Shown here: positions 26,925 to 37,231 of the stretch, piece after piece | Numbering within the stretch: the stretch's first letter is position 1 | Layout: the number at the start of each line of letters is the position of its first letter | Assembly: GCA_038058475.1 (NCBI GenBank) | Contig: JBBUAW010000010.1 | Location: forward strand, 14,361 to 78,360 | From: Patescibacteria group bacterium | GTDB taxonomy: Bacteria; Patescibacteriota; Minisyncoccia; Phycocordibacterales; JACOZG01 | Length of the DNA: 64,000 bases | Direction: 5' to 3' | Made by a program: the position numbers and the translations under genes | Notes under the pieces: model-generated | Databases searched by the model: none | What the model was told of the DNA's origin: nothing | What the model saw: the letters and a program-made list of their open reading frames with translations, nothing else

Positions 26925-27683
26925 ATGATTACCATTCGGGTTATCCCTCAACTCCACATCAAAGGTTCCAAGGTCGTTAAACCGGTGCACACCGAGGCTT
27001 TGCGAGTGGTTGGCGACCCGACTGAACTCGCGGCCCGCTATTACACGGAAGGCGCCGATGAACTTATTTACCTAGATGTTGTCGCTAGCCTTTACGAACG
27101 CAATTTGGATCTTTCTTTAGTTCAAGCGGTCGCTGACAAAATCTATATTCCTCTGACAGTCGGTGGCGGCATCCGTTCAATTCACGATATTTCTAACGCC
27201 CTCCGGGCGGGAGCAGATAAAGTGGCAATAAACACTCAAGCGACTAAAAATCCATGGTTGCTTAAAGAGGCAGCCGAAAAGTTTGGTTCCCAATGTATTG
27301 TGTTGTTTGTTGAAGCAAAAAGTACCGGCTCAAACACTTGGGAAGTGTTGACTGACGGCGGCCGCGAGCGGGCGCGGCGAGATGTAATTGAATGGGTCAA
27401 ACAGGCGCTTGATTTGGGGGTAGGAGAAGTCTTACTCACTTCCGTTGACCGCGATGGCACCAATCGGGGTTATGATTTAGAATTAATTTCAGTAATTTCT
27501 TCGTTCGCAACCGTACCGGTGATTGCCCATGGTGGCGCTGGAAATTTAGCTACTTTTCAGGCGGCAATCAAAACGGGGAGGGCCGACGCGGTTGCTGCTT
27601 CATCGGTTTTTCATTATCAGCAATTAACACTCCGTCAAGTAAAAGACGGGCTAAAAAGAAACGGCATTAATGTTCGCTTATGA
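26925..27683 (+). CDS. Imidazole glycerol phosphate synthase cyclase subunit homolog (HisF-like, WbuZ-type), acting in sugar amidotransfer.
   Basis: The segment MITIRVIPQLHIKGSKVVK...LTVGGGIRS...DRDGTNRGYDLEL matches HisF. A longer ORF starts at 26907. Confidence 0.8.
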   Translation: MITIRVIPQLHIKGSKVVKPVHTEALRVVGDPTELAARYYTEGADELIYLDVVASLYERNLDLSLVQAVADKIYIPLTVGGGIRSIHDISNALRAGADKVAINTQATKNPWLLKEAAEKFGSQCIVLFVEAKSTGSNTWEVLTDGGRERARRDVIEWVKQALDLGVGEVLLTSVDRDGTNRGYDLELISVISSFATVPVIAHGGAGNLATFQAAIKTGRADAVAASSVFHYQQLTLRQVKDGLKRNGINVRL

Positions 27684-28339
27684 CAACGACCACTTTTAAT
27701 CGAGCTAGAAAGATTGCGGTGATAGACTATGGTGTCGGCAATCTTTATAGTGTGGAACGGGCCCTTAAATCCTTCACAGAAAACTATATTATCACTGAAG
27801 ATCCGGCGGATATCGCAGCCGCACAGGCAATTATTCTGCCAGGCGTCGGCGCCTTCGGCGCGGGAATGGAAGGATTAAGGCGCCGCGGCTTGGTACAACC
27901 AATCAAAAATTTTGCTCAAACTGGTAAATTAATTCTTGGTATTTGTCTCGGGGCGCAAATTTTGTTGAGCGAGGGATATGAGTTTGGGCACTGGGAAGGA
28001 TTAGGGATCATTGAGGGGCAAACGATTCCCTTTTCGTCACTCGCGCTGGGAACTAAAATTCCCCATATTGGTTGGAATATTCTGCGTCCAAAAAAAGAAG
28101 ATGGTTGGGAAAGGACAATCCTGGCTGGACTGGGACAAGAAATTAGCGCCTATTTTGTCCACTCCTTCATTCTCCAACCAAAATATGACCAAGATATCAA
28201 TGCTGTTTCCCAATACGGCGGTCGAGAGTTCACCTCAGTGATTCGGAGAGAAAATATTTATGGTTGTCAATTTCATCCCGAAAAAAGTGGTGGCGTGGGT
28301 TTGGCAATAATTCGTAATTTTATAAATTTAATAGATTAA
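27680..28339 (+). CDS. Class I glutamine amidotransferase, HisH-like (WbuY-type).
   Basis: It has the KIAVIDYGVGNLYSVERAL N-terminus, an ILPGVGAFG motif, a GICLGAQIL catalytic Cys motif, and HPEKS. Confidence 0.8.
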   Translation: MTTTTFNRARKIAVIDYGVGNLYSVERALKSFTENYIITEDPADIAAAQAIILPGVGAFGAGMEGLRRRGLVQPIKNFAQTGKLILGICLGAQILLSEGYEFGHWEGLGIIEGQTIPFSSLALGTKIPHIGWNILRPKKEDGWERTILAGLGQEISAYFVHSFILQPKYDQDINAVSQYGGREFTSVIRRENIYGCQFHPEKSGGVGLAIIRNFINLID

Positions 28340-28363
28340 GGTAAGATTAAGATCTAAAACATT

Positions 28364-29608
28364 ATGCCGCGATATGGTTTACCTGAGCAAGTAAAATTCT
28401 GTAAGCGCTGTGTTATCCCAAACACGCGGGCGACTTCATGTAATGAATACCAAAATAGACGCGATTATCAACATCAATATATTAAATTTGACAAAGAAGG
28501 AATATGTTCAGCTTGCCGGTTCAATGAGTCAAAAGAAAATAATGATATTGATTGGCTAAAAAGAGAACAAGAATTACTTAAATTACTCGATCAACATCGG
28601 AGTCGGGACGGTTCTTATGACTGTATTGTTCCCGGTAGCGGCGGCAAAGATAGCGTCTACGCTTCGCATATTTTGAAGTATAAGTATGGTATGCATCCCC
28701 TAACGGTAACCTGGGCGCCTCATCTTTATACAGACGTTGGTTGGAAAAATTTTCAAAATTGGATGCATATCGGTGGATTGCCTAATTTTCTCTACACGCC
28801 AAACGGAAAAATTCATCGACTATTGACGCGAAATGCTTTTCTTAATTTATTACATCCCTTTCAACCCTTTGTCATGGGACAAAAAACAATTGGGCCAAAG
28901 ATGGCGGCTTTGTTTAATATACCGCTGGTTTTTTATGGCGAGAGTCCTGGAGATTACGGCGCCCATATATCAATTAATCAAAGAGGTTTTAGCACCAAAG
29001 CCGAGGAAATAGCTGATCCAACGCATAATCTTGGATTTCGTTTGGATCATGTGGATAAGAACATGAAACCAGAAGAAATTTATTTAGGCGGTAAGCCAAT
29101 TGTTGAATATTTAAAGAGCGGGATTGAGTGGGCTGAGCTTTCTCCATATTTGCCGCTTGATCCAGAAATTATCGCTGAGAAAAAAATTATCCAGGATTAT
29201 CTTGGTTATTATTTAAAATGGGTCCCTCAAGATTGTTATTACTACGCTGTCAAACATAGTGGTTTTGAAGCCAATCCAGAAAGGACGGAGGGAACATATT
29301 CAAAATATAACAGCATTGATGATAAGACTGATGGTTTTTTTTACTATACAACTTATATTAAGTTCGGTTTCGGTCGCGCCACGAAAGATGCAGCTCAAGA
29401 AATCAGAAATCATCATATTACCAGAGAGGAAGGCATATCTTTGGTTCATCGTTTTGACGGAGAATTTCCAAAACGTTATTTTAAAGAATTTTTAGAATAT
29501 ATAAGCTTATCAGAAGAAGATTTCTTGAAAACGATAGATGATTTTAGAGATTCCCATATTTGGAAAAAAAATGGCACTAAATGGGAGTTGCGCAATAGGG
29601 TCTCATAA
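28364..29608 (+). CDS. N-acetyl sugar amidotransferase (PP-loop ATP pyrophosphatase; WbuX/PseA/LPS-biosynthesis amidotransferase family).
   Basis: It has the CSACRFNESK Cys cluster and the PP-loop motif VPGSGGKDS. Confidence 0.75.
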   Translation: MPRYGLPEQVKFCKRCVIPNTRATSCNEYQNRRDYQHQYIKFDKEGICSACRFNESKENNDIDWLKREQELLKLLDQHRSRDGSYDCIVPGSGGKDSVYASHILKYKYGMHPLTVTWAPHLYTDVGWKNFQNWMHIGGLPNFLYTPNGKIHRLLTRNAFLNLLHPFQPFVMGQKTIGPKMAALFNIPLVFYGESPGDYGAHISINQRGFSTKAEEIADPTHNLGFRLDHVDKNMKPEEIYLGGKPIVEYLKSGIEWAELSPYLPLDPEIIAEKKIIQDYLGYYLKWVPQDCYYYAVKHSGFEANPERTEGTYSKYNSIDDKTDGFFYYTTYIKFGFGRATKDAAQEIRNHHITREEGISLVHRFDGEFPKRYFKEFLEYISLSEEDFLKTIDDFRDSHIWKKNGTKWELRNRVS

Positions 29609-29623
29609 TTATTTCGACAGTTT

Positions 29624-31429
29624 ATGTATATTCTTGGGTTATCATTTTTTTATCATGATTCCTCTGCTACATTACTCCGAGATGGAGTGGTGTTGGGAGC
29701 GGTTCAGGAAGAACGGTTTTCACGAAAAAAATTTGACAATGGATTTCCTTTGCAATCTATTCAGTTTTTACTTCAACTAGCTCAAATTAACATTGACGAT
29801 ATTGATAAAATTATTTATTACGAAAATCCGCTTAAAAAATTAGTCAGAATTATTCGCTCTTTTGTCGCTACTGCACCCAGGAATTTATCGACTTTTGGCC
29901 AAGCAATGAACCTTCAGTTGCGTTATAAACTTTGGATTAAACGGGTAATTCGACGAGAAACAAATTTCCGTGGAAAAATTAGCTACGTTGACCACCATCA
30001 AAGCCATGCCGCTTCGGCTTTTTATCCTTCACCATTTAATGAGGCGGCCTTTTTAACTCTTGATGGTGTAGGTGAATGGGCTACTACCACTTTTGGTCAA
30101 GGAAATAGCCGGGGTCTTGAGTTTTTTGGGGAAATTGATTTCCCCCATTCTCTTGGTTTATTGTATGCCGCCTTTACCTATTTTACCGGATTTAAAATAA
30201 ATTCTGGAGAATATAAATTAATGGGACTCGCACCTTATGGTGAACCGAGATATCTTCAGACAATTTTAGATAATTTGATTGATTTAAAATCCGATGGTTC
30301 TTTTCGGATTAATCAAGATTATTTCGATTATGCCACCGGTGAAAAGATGATTAACGAAAAATTCTGTTCTCTATTTAAACGTCAAGCGAGAAAGCCGGAA
30401 TCAGACTTGACTCAGGATGATATGGATCTGGCCCGCTCAATTCAAGAAGTAACCGAGCTCGCAGTGTTAAACATCGCTACTCGGGTAAAAAAAGAAACGG
30501 GGCAAAAAAATTTATGCCTAGCTGGTGGAGTGGCTTTAAATTGCGTGGCCAACAGCAGACTTTCGAGAACTAATTTGTTTGAAAACATTTGGGTCCAACC
30601 GGCAGCTGGCGACGCCGGAGGCTCACTTGGCGCGGCGCTTTATTTTTGGCATCAAATCCTTGGTAAACCAAATTTATTTAAATCATCAAATTATTTCTTT
30701 AATCCCTATCTTGGTCCAGCCTATAATAAAAAAGTTATTCGTGAATTTTTAGATTCAAATTATCTTCCCTATTCTGCCATTAACGAAATTGAAGAAACAA
30801 CGGCTCGTCTTCTAGCTGATGGCTATATTATTGGATGGTTCCAAGGAAGAATGGAATTTGGACCTCGAGCCCTTGGTAACCGAAGTATTTTGGGACATCC
30901 AGGTTTACCCGATATGCAAAAAAAGATGAATCTCAAAATAAAATTTCGAGAGTCATTCAGACCCTTTGCGCCGGCGGTATTGGAAGAACGGGCGAAAGAA
31001 TGGTTTCAAGAGGCAGTGCCGTCGCCTTATATGCTTTTTGTTTTTCCTGTTTGTCAAAATAAGAGAGTTCCAGAAAAAAACGGCGAAAAAAAATTATTCG
31101 GCATTGATAAATTGAATGTGTTACGGTCTTTGGTTCCGGCGATTACCCATGTTGATTATTCTGCACGAATTCAGACGGTAAACCAAAAAACTAATCTGCG
31201 ATTTTATACCTTAATCAAAAAATTTTACGAGTTAACAGGATTACCAATGATCATTAACACTTCTTTCAATGTTAGAAACGAACCAATTGTTCGAACACCA
31301 GAAGAGGCTTATCGCTGTTTTATGAGAACTAATATGGATTATCTGATTTTGGAAGACTTTCTTCTGACTAAGAAAGAACAGCCCAAAAAAGAAGAGCGAG
31401 ATTGGGAAAAACTCTATGAACTTGATTAA
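29624..31429 (+). CDS. NodU/CmcH-family carbamoyltransferase (second copy).
   Basis: The segment MYILGLSFFYHDSSATLLRDGVVLGAVQEERFSRKK is the canonical carbamoyltransferase N-terminus. The ORF is 601 aa. Confidence 0.8.
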   Translation: MYILGLSFFYHDSSATLLRDGVVLGAVQEERFSRKKFDNGFPLQSIQFLLQLAQINIDDIDKIIYYENPLKKLVRIIRSFVATAPRNLSTFGQAMNLQLRYKLWIKRVIRRETNFRGKISYVDHHQSHAASAFYPSPFNEAAFLTLDGVGEWATTTFGQGNSRGLEFFGEIDFPHSLGLLYAAFTYFTGFKINSGEYKLMGLAPYGEPRYLQTILDNLIDLKSDGSFRINQDYFDYATGEKMINEKFCSLFKRQARKPESDLTQDDMDLARSIQEVTELAVLNIATRVKKETGQKNLCLAGGVALNCVANSRLSRTNLFENIWVQPAAGDAGGSLGAALYFWHQILGKPNLFKSSNYFFNPYLGPAYNKKVIREFLDSNYLPYSAINEIEETTARLLADGYIIGWFQGRMEFGPRALGNRSILGHPGLPDMQKKMNLKIKFRESFRPFAPAVLEERAKEWFQEAVPSPYMLFVFPVCQNKRVPEKNGEKKLFGIDKLNVLRSLVPAITHVDYSARIQTVNQKTNLRFYTLIKKFYELTGLPMIINTSFNVRNEPIVRTPEEAYRCFMRTNMDYLILEDFLLTKKEQPKKEERDWEKLYELD

Positions 31430-32819
31430 AAATAGACTATTGATTCTAGTAATTTTCGGGATTATTTATCTTTTTTGGATTAGGTTGGTTGGTTTCTCTA
31501 TTCTATTATTAGTTCCATTTATTGTCTATGAAATAATCTTGCGTTTAGTTTTACGATTGATTTATGGCCGGCAATATCGTTTTGCCCTTTATAACTATTT
31601 TATCGTTGATCATCCAATTTATGGTAATGCCTTTCGAAAAAATATCGTGAGCCAGAAAATTGATTTTCCTGTTTTTGATAAATTTATCTTCAAACCTGGG
31701 ACTCATATTTCACTTGATTTAGCCAAAAACAAAACTGAACGAATTAAGTATTCTATTAATTCTCGTGGTTTTCGCGGTCCAGAATTTTCCTTAACAAAAA
31801 AACCTGGAATCATTCGGGTTTTCGCCAGCGGCGGTTCAACCACTGCCTGCAATTCGGTTGACGACGATGAGGCCTGGCCGGCAGTAATGGAAAAAGAGTT
31901 ACATTCTCGGAGACATTTAGTCGAGGTTATCAATGCTGGAGTTCAGGGTTGGTCTTCATATCAGGAATTATTGCGTTTTAAGCACGAGATTGTGAATTAC
32001 CAACCTGATGTAATTCTTCTGCACCAGGGTTGGAACGAAGAATTTGCCTACAGTTCGCAGAATCTTGGTCGATGGTGGCAACCGCGAGTTGTGCGCAATA
32101 TGATTGAAACTCGTTATTTTTATTCTAATAAACATCCTTGGCTTTCTCAAACTCGGTTTTTGCTTTTATTTTATCTCGCTCAATTATATTTCAAGGATTT
32201 TATTTTTAATCGTCAAATGAGATTTACCAATCCTGAGCGTTGGATTTGTTTACAACGTGGAGAATATCTTCCCGCTTGGTTTGATAATTTGATAGAAATT
32301 GCGCGTGAAGCAAAAACTAGAGGTATCTTGGTTTATATAATAAATTATCCTGGCTTGTGTGATTTAAATGATTCATCAACGGTTCGCGAGATTTATTTGA
32401 AAAATACGAGATTAAGCCGTTTTTACGCCGATTATCAGGCTGTTTCCAAAAAACAAATTCAAAAAACACTCAAACAAATTGAACCTTTAATTCCCCTGAT
32501 TGAGACTGAGAAAGAATTGCTTCGTTATCAAGCCGAGGAACGTTTGGATTTTTTTATAGATGAAATTCATCTATCCGCCAAGGGTAACGCTTGGCTGGGT
32601 AAAATTATTGGCAAAAAATTAGCTGAGGACAAAAACTTTGTCCAACTTAAAAGCAATTTGGTTTTTAAAGAAAAAGAAATCGGATCCATCCGAAACGAGA
32701 TTAGCAAGAATTATGCTTATATTGATGATTTTCTGGCAACAACAATCAAAAAATTAAAACAAAAAAAATGGCACAAAGATAAACTTGATTTACCGACCGA
32801 TCGTTACACCACTTTTTAA
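31416..32819 (+). CDS. Membrane-anchored SGNH/GDSL-like hydrolase or acyltransferase (DltD/AlgX-like candidate).
   Basis: It has an N-terminal TM helix followed by the block I-like motif IRVFASGGSTTA. The assignment is tentative. Confidence 0.4.
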   Translation: MNLIKNRLLILVIFGIIYLFWIRLVGFSILLLVPFIVYEIILRLVLRLIYGRQYRFALYNYFIVDHPIYGNAFRKNIVSQKIDFPVFDKFIFKPGTHISLDLAKNKTERIKYSINSRGFRGPEFSLTKKPGIIRVFASGGSTTACNSVDDDEAWPAVMEKELHSRRHLVEVINAGVQGWSSYQELLRFKHEIVNYQPDVILLHQGWNEEFAYSSQNLGRWWQPRVVRNMIETRYFYSNKHPWLSQTRFLLLFYLAQLYFKDFIFNRQMRFTNPERWICLQRGEYLPAWFDNLIEIAREAKTRGILVYIINYPGLCDLNDSSTVREIYLKNTRLSRFYADYQAVSKKQIQKTLKQIEPLIPLIETEKELLRYQAEERLDFFIDEIHLSAKGNAWLGKIIGKKLAEDKNFVQLKSNLVFKEKEIGSIRNEISKNYAYIDDFLATTIKKLKQKKWHKDKLDLPTDRYTTF

Positions 32820-34054
32820 GACGAGGAATTGATCAGGGCCACAATACGATCAATAGCTTGTCGGTCGATTGGCGGCAGTTCTTCAGATTGCCATTTCCCC
32901 TGCTTAAAATCCGAAAGTCTAGTTTCAAATTGTTCGCGAGAAATAATTACTTCCTTAAGATGGTATAATTCTTGACCGGCGTTAATCGCTGTGAGTCTAG
33001 AAAAATTGACAAAAATAGCCGGTGTGCCACTGGCTAAAACTGTAATACTTGCCGCTGTCCAAGGGTCCAGGACACAAAGATCAGACAAGGCAACCAATTC
33101 TTCGGTTTCTGCTTCGTCACAAACAATTTTAACCGATAAATTACGAAAAGAAAGATAAAGAGCAATATTGTCGCCAGGATGAAGTTTAAAAACAACTTCT
33201 GTTGTCTCTGGCGGAAAAAATTTTCTGATTGACTCTAAAATTTTTTGGAAATAATTCAGGTGTTCTTCAACCGAAAAAGACCATCTTTTCCTCTTATGTA
33301 AACCCCAAACTAAAACGGTGATAATTTTTTCCTTTTTTCCCAAATCATATTTTTGCTCCAGTTTTTTTCTAAATAAAAAGTTTTGTTTAACAAGCTGTTT
33401 GAGCTCATAAGAAATTTGCTGTTCTATTATTCCCACCTTAACCATTCGTTCGGGAGAAATTTTGCAACGTTCTTGAAAAATTTCTATCGCCGATTCATCC
33501 ATTAGTCCTAAGCGATTAACGACCCCTGATGAATTGGCGTAAGCTAGACCGCCGCCGAAAAAATCAACTATCCAATATAAACCATCCATCAGGCGATAAT
33601 AAAATTTTCGCCAGCGCGACGGCGCAACAAAATTCAACTTGCTAACCGTTTTGTTTCCACCATAAGCCCATTGCAACATAATAGTGTCAATTTCTTGACG
33701 ATTGGCTTCTTTCAAAAGGGTTTGATAGGGTGGCAAGTTTTTAGTTAAAATCAGTTTGGTTGGTTGATGAATTTTTAAAAATTGTCGGCAGGCGCGCAAA
33801 TGTAAATAACGTTTGAACATTGGCGTTAAAAAGGGTAAATAAATCCATGGTATTGGTTTTAGTCCTTGTTCAATAAGATGATATGGGTAATGATTTTTTT
33901 TTAGATATTTTTCCATCTGGTCGCGACGACTGTCTGGCCGGCGGACAATTAAAAATTCAATTTGGTAATACAGCGAGAGCCGCGGAATTAGTTTAATGTA
34001 ATATTTAAGCGGGCCAATATAAGCTGGGACGAAAAAAAGTTTAGGTGTTTGCAT
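32816..34054 (-). CDS. GT-B-fold glycosyl/phosphotransferase of the Capsule_synth/TagF superfamily.
   Basis: It has a VVFKLHPGDN (KxHP-like) motif. The start is placed at MQTPKLFF (34054). The track ORF extends to 34132 with a non-ATG start. Confidence 0.35.
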   Translation of the reverse strand: MQTPKLFFVPAYIGPLKYYIKLIPRLSLYYQIEFLIVRRPDSRRDQMEKYLKKNHYPYHLIEQGLKPIPWIYLPFLTPMFKRYLHLRACRQFLKIHQPTKLILTKNLPPYQTLLKEANRQEIDTIMLQWAYGGNKTVSKLNFVAPSRWRKFYYRLMDGLYWIVDFFGGGLAYANSSGVVNRLGLMDESAIEIFQERCKISPERMVKVGIIEQQISYELKQLVKQNFLFRKKLEQKYDLGKKEKIITVLVWGLHKRKRWSFSVEEHLNYFQKILESIRKFFPPETTEVVFKLHPGDNIALYLSFRNLSVKIVCDEAETEELVALSDLCVLDPWTAASITVLASGTPAIFVNFSRLTAINAGQELYHLKEVIISREQFETRLSDFKQGKWQSEELPPIDRQAIDRIVALINSSS

Positions 34055-35831
34055 TATTATAGACGCGATAAAAATAAGATTTTTTATCTTTGAGTAATTC
34101 TTCGGGCGAAGCCTCTTCTGTAATTCGACCATGTTTTAAGACTACGAGTTTATCCGCCTTAACTATCGTGGAAAGCCGATGAGCAATAACTAAGATTGTA
34201 GTTTGACCTTTTAAACCCTCAATTGCCCGCTGAATTTCTAATTCCGACTCGCCATCTAAAGCACTGGTTACTTCATCGAGCAATAAAATAATCGGCTTTC
34301 TGGCTAAGGCGCGGGCAATTCCCACCCGTTGTCGTTGGCCGGCTGAAAGCCGCGCGCCACGTTCTCCAACTAACGTTTGGTAGCCGTCAGGCAAGGTTTG
34401 GATAAAAGAATCCAAGTGAGCCAGCTTAGCCGCCTCTCGGATGTCGGATGTAGTGACGGTTAAATTGAAAAAACGGATATTATTCTCAATCGTATCGTTC
34501 AGTAAAAAAACATCTTGGGGGACATAACCAAGGTTAGCACGCCAATCCCTAAGAAGAATATTGTGAATCGGCACTCCATCCAACCGAATTTCTCCACTGG
34601 TCGGCCGAAATAATCGCAACAATAAATCAAATAATGTAGTTTTGCCGGCGCCAGAGATACCGATAATTCCGACAAACGTGCCATGGTTAATTTTAAACGA
34701 AACTTCATTAAGCACCGGTTGATTATTGGTATAGGCAAAACATACTCGTTCAAAAGTCAGTTCTTGTATAAACGAAAAAGGTTGATGACCCAGATTTTCT
34801 TCACTTTCTCGTTCAACTGCTTCTTCATAGGCAGTAGTGTCGTGTAAATAAGGGGCCAAATCAACAACATGCTGCAAATTACTTTGAACGGTTTGAATAT
34901 AAGTAAAAATACGGTGAACTAAGTAAGCCAGTGCCGCCATAGCCACAAATGAGAAATCGGGATCATAAATGCGCATAATGGCAAAAATGATAAGGATATA
35001 AACGACACTTACTGGTTGAACAAAAACCGTAGCCAAGGTACCGAAAAGCGACGAGCGAACCTGAAATCGTCGTAAAGAATCGAAATAACGGCATCCTTCA
35101 TCTAAAAATGGCCGAGTGATTCCGAATGCTTTTATTGTCTTCAGGCCGGCAGTACTTTCTCCAACTAGATGAGTCACCTCTTTATTCAAAGTCGCCGTTT
35201 TTCGAGCAAGGATTTTAATCCAATGCAATATCGGACTCATTAAGACAAAAAAGATACCACCAATCAATATGGTTGAGAGGGTCACTAACCAGGAAATATT
35301 GAGAGCGACTAACAAATACATTACTAGGCTAGCACTTAACACTAATGAGTCAGCCATAATTTCAAACAATTTTGCGCTCATGGAGACATCAACCATAAGT
35401 AAGGTTTCCAAATAGCCAACGCGGCGAGTTAATAAATGAGACCAATTGGCCGCCAACATCTTACGGAGTAGGGCTTCGCGCCGTTCACGTTCAAATTCCG
35501 ATCGAATGACTATTCGGATGTAGTTAAAAATTAAGAGGGCAATTGCTTTTAAGAAAAAGAGGAAGGCAATCAGAATGATGAAAGTGGCAAAACGCACCTC
35601 GATTCGCAATAAAGAAAAAATAAAAACAATTGCCTTAGAAACAATATCATCACCAGCGGCCCCACCATGATTGATGAATGAAAAAAGCGGAATCAAAGCA
35701 TTCACTCCTACAGCTTCAAACAAACCACTCAAGAGGCCAAGAATGGCTAAAAAAATAATTTTAACTTTATAAGGTCCAAAAGCTTTTCGAAAAGGTGTTA
35801 GTAAAGATTTTAGTTTAAAGAAGATATTCAT
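34041..35831 (-). CDS. ABC transporter, fused permease plus ATPase (MsbA/PglK-like type I exporter).
   Basis: It has the six-TM N-domain, a Walker A GISGAGKTT, the ABC signature LSAGQRQRVGIARA, a Walker B ILLLDEVTSALD and an H-loop IAHRL. Confidence 0.8.
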   Translation of the reverse strand: MNIFFKLKSLLTPFRKAFGPYKVKIIFLAILGLLSGLFEAVGVNALIPLFSFINHGGAAGDDIVSKAIVFIFSLLRIEVRFATFIILIAFLFFLKAIALLIFNYIRIVIRSEFERERREALLRKMLAANWSHLLTRRVGYLETLLMVDVSMSAKLFEIMADSLVLSASLVMYLLVALNISWLVTLSTILIGGIFFVLMSPILHWIKILARKTATLNKEVTHLVGESTAGLKTIKAFGITRPFLDEGCRYFDSLRRFQVRSSLFGTLATVFVQPVSVVYILIIFAIMRIYDPDFSFVAMAALAYLVHRIFTYIQTVQSNLQHVVDLAPYLHDTTAYEEAVERESEENLGHQPFSFIQELTFERVCFAYTNNQPVLNEVSFKINHGTFVGIIGISGAGKTTLFDLLLRLFRPTSGEIRLDGVPIHNILLRDWRANLGYVPQDVFLLNDTIENNIRFFNLTVTTSDIREAAKLAHLDSFIQTLPDGYQTLVGERGARLSAGQRQRVGIARALARKPIILLLDEVTSALDGESELEIQRAIEGLKGQTTILVIAHRLSTIVKADKLVVLKHGRITEEASPEELLKDKKSYFYRVYNNANT

Positions 35832-37231
35832 AAATTTAATGATTCAATTGTCTGAGTTACCAGGTTGGCGAATCGTTGGCCAGCTTGACCGTCAAGCGGA
35901 CCGACAAAACGTTGACGCAATCGTTCTCGGCCGACGGCGTTTAATTTAGGGTTTGCTAAATATCCCAATAGAGCGTCCAGAAACTCAGCGCGCGATTTAA
36001 CAATCCAAGTGCCTTTAGTCCGGACGATTTCCAAATAATAATCACTTTCATAACTTGAGGCCAGGGATTGGCGATTACGCGGTATATTAATTAGCGGTTC
36101 AAATGCGACATTAATTACCGGTTTATCAAATGCTACCGCATCTAAGGTGATAGTTGAAGCGACATTAACTACTATAGCAGCGTGAGCCAAACTATTGGCA
36201 AATCGTTCCATTGCTCTAACACTAAAATCGCCATGATCTTTAAATCCTTTGGAGGGGAGATTAATTTGGTCAATAATTATTTTCGGCCGGCCGATTAGGG
36301 CGCTGAATTTTTTCTCATCTTGGCGATAACTAAAATGAGGACGAATTAATAAAGAAACGTTTGGCAGTTGGCCAGATTCCATAAATTGAACTAGCAGAAG
36401 TGCAATATCAGCATCTTCTGGTATAGATTTGCCTTCTGAAGTAAATAAAATTATTGGATGTAATGGGTTTAATTTAAACTCGTTGCAAAAACGATCTCGA
36501 GACCATAAAAATTGCTTTTGTCGATAACCGTCAAATTGCAGAATTCCAATAATTTTTATTTGTTCCCGTTTATAACATTGGAATAACACTGCTTGATCAG
36601 CCATAAATTGGCTCCAGACTACTAAAATGTCGGCCTTGGTACGGAAACCAGCACGCGATAAATTATCCCAACTTTTAGGCATTCCAATAGTCTTAACCTT
36701 TTCTCGGCGGGCGGCTTTAAGTAAGGCTGATTCAATATTAGATGAGATTGAAGTGGAAATAATTAAATGAGGTTGTTCGGTTTTAATTAGAATGCGAAAT
36801 TCATTAACTCTTTTTTTTTGGCCGAGGTAAAAGTCTAGCCAACGAACGAAATCTCTCAAAAAAATAATTTTGGAGAGAGGCAGAAAAATTAAAGCAAATA
36901 ATCCGTATCGAAAAAAACTAAGATCTTCCGGTTTTGTAAGAGCTCTGGTACCATAGCGCAACTTTAAGGCAATGAATTTACTCCATAAAAGATATTTATG
37001 AAGACCGAGAAAAAAAATGTCCGCTCTAGTATGGCTGTCATCTTTAAAATATTTAAATACCACATTAGGATGAGAAAACTCCTGAATGAAACGCGGGTCG
37101 TTAAAAGCTGGAGTGAGGATTATTAGCCGATATTTTTCACGTAATTGGCAATAAAAATCATTTTGTAATAAATTACGAGCTGTCATACTGCGGCCAACGG
37201 TTAAAAAAATTGTGGGTAAGGTTGACTTCAT
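35828..37231 (-). CDS. TagF-like glycerophosphotransferase family protein (second copy).
   Basis: The 467-aa ORF has the same layout as the 9512-10903 ORF: IILFTSEGKS, LLIRPHFS and the AAIVVNVASTITLDAVAFDKPVINVAF segment. Confidence 0.5.
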   Translation of the reverse strand: MKSTLPTIFLTVGRSMTARNLLQNDFYCQLREKYRLIILTPAFNDPRFIQEFSHPNVVFKYFKDDSHTRADIFFLGLHKYLLWSKFIALKLRYGTRALTKPEDLSFFRYGLFALIFLPLSKIIFLRDFVRWLDFYLGQKKRVNEFRILIKTEQPHLIISTSISSNIESALLKAARREKVKTIGMPKSWDNLSRAGFRTKADILVVWSQFMADQAVLFQCYKREQIKIIGILQFDGYRQKQFLWSRDRFCNEFKLNPLHPIILFTSEGKSIPEDADIALLLVQFMESGQLPNVSLLIRPHFSYRQDEKKFSALIGRPKIIIDQINLPSKGFKDHGDFSVRAMERFANSLAHAAIVVNVASTITLDAVAFDKPVINVAFEPLINIPRNRQSLASSYESDYYLEIVRTKGTWIVKSRAEFLDALLGYLANPKLNAVGRERLRQRFVGPLDGQAGQRFANLVTQTIESLNL

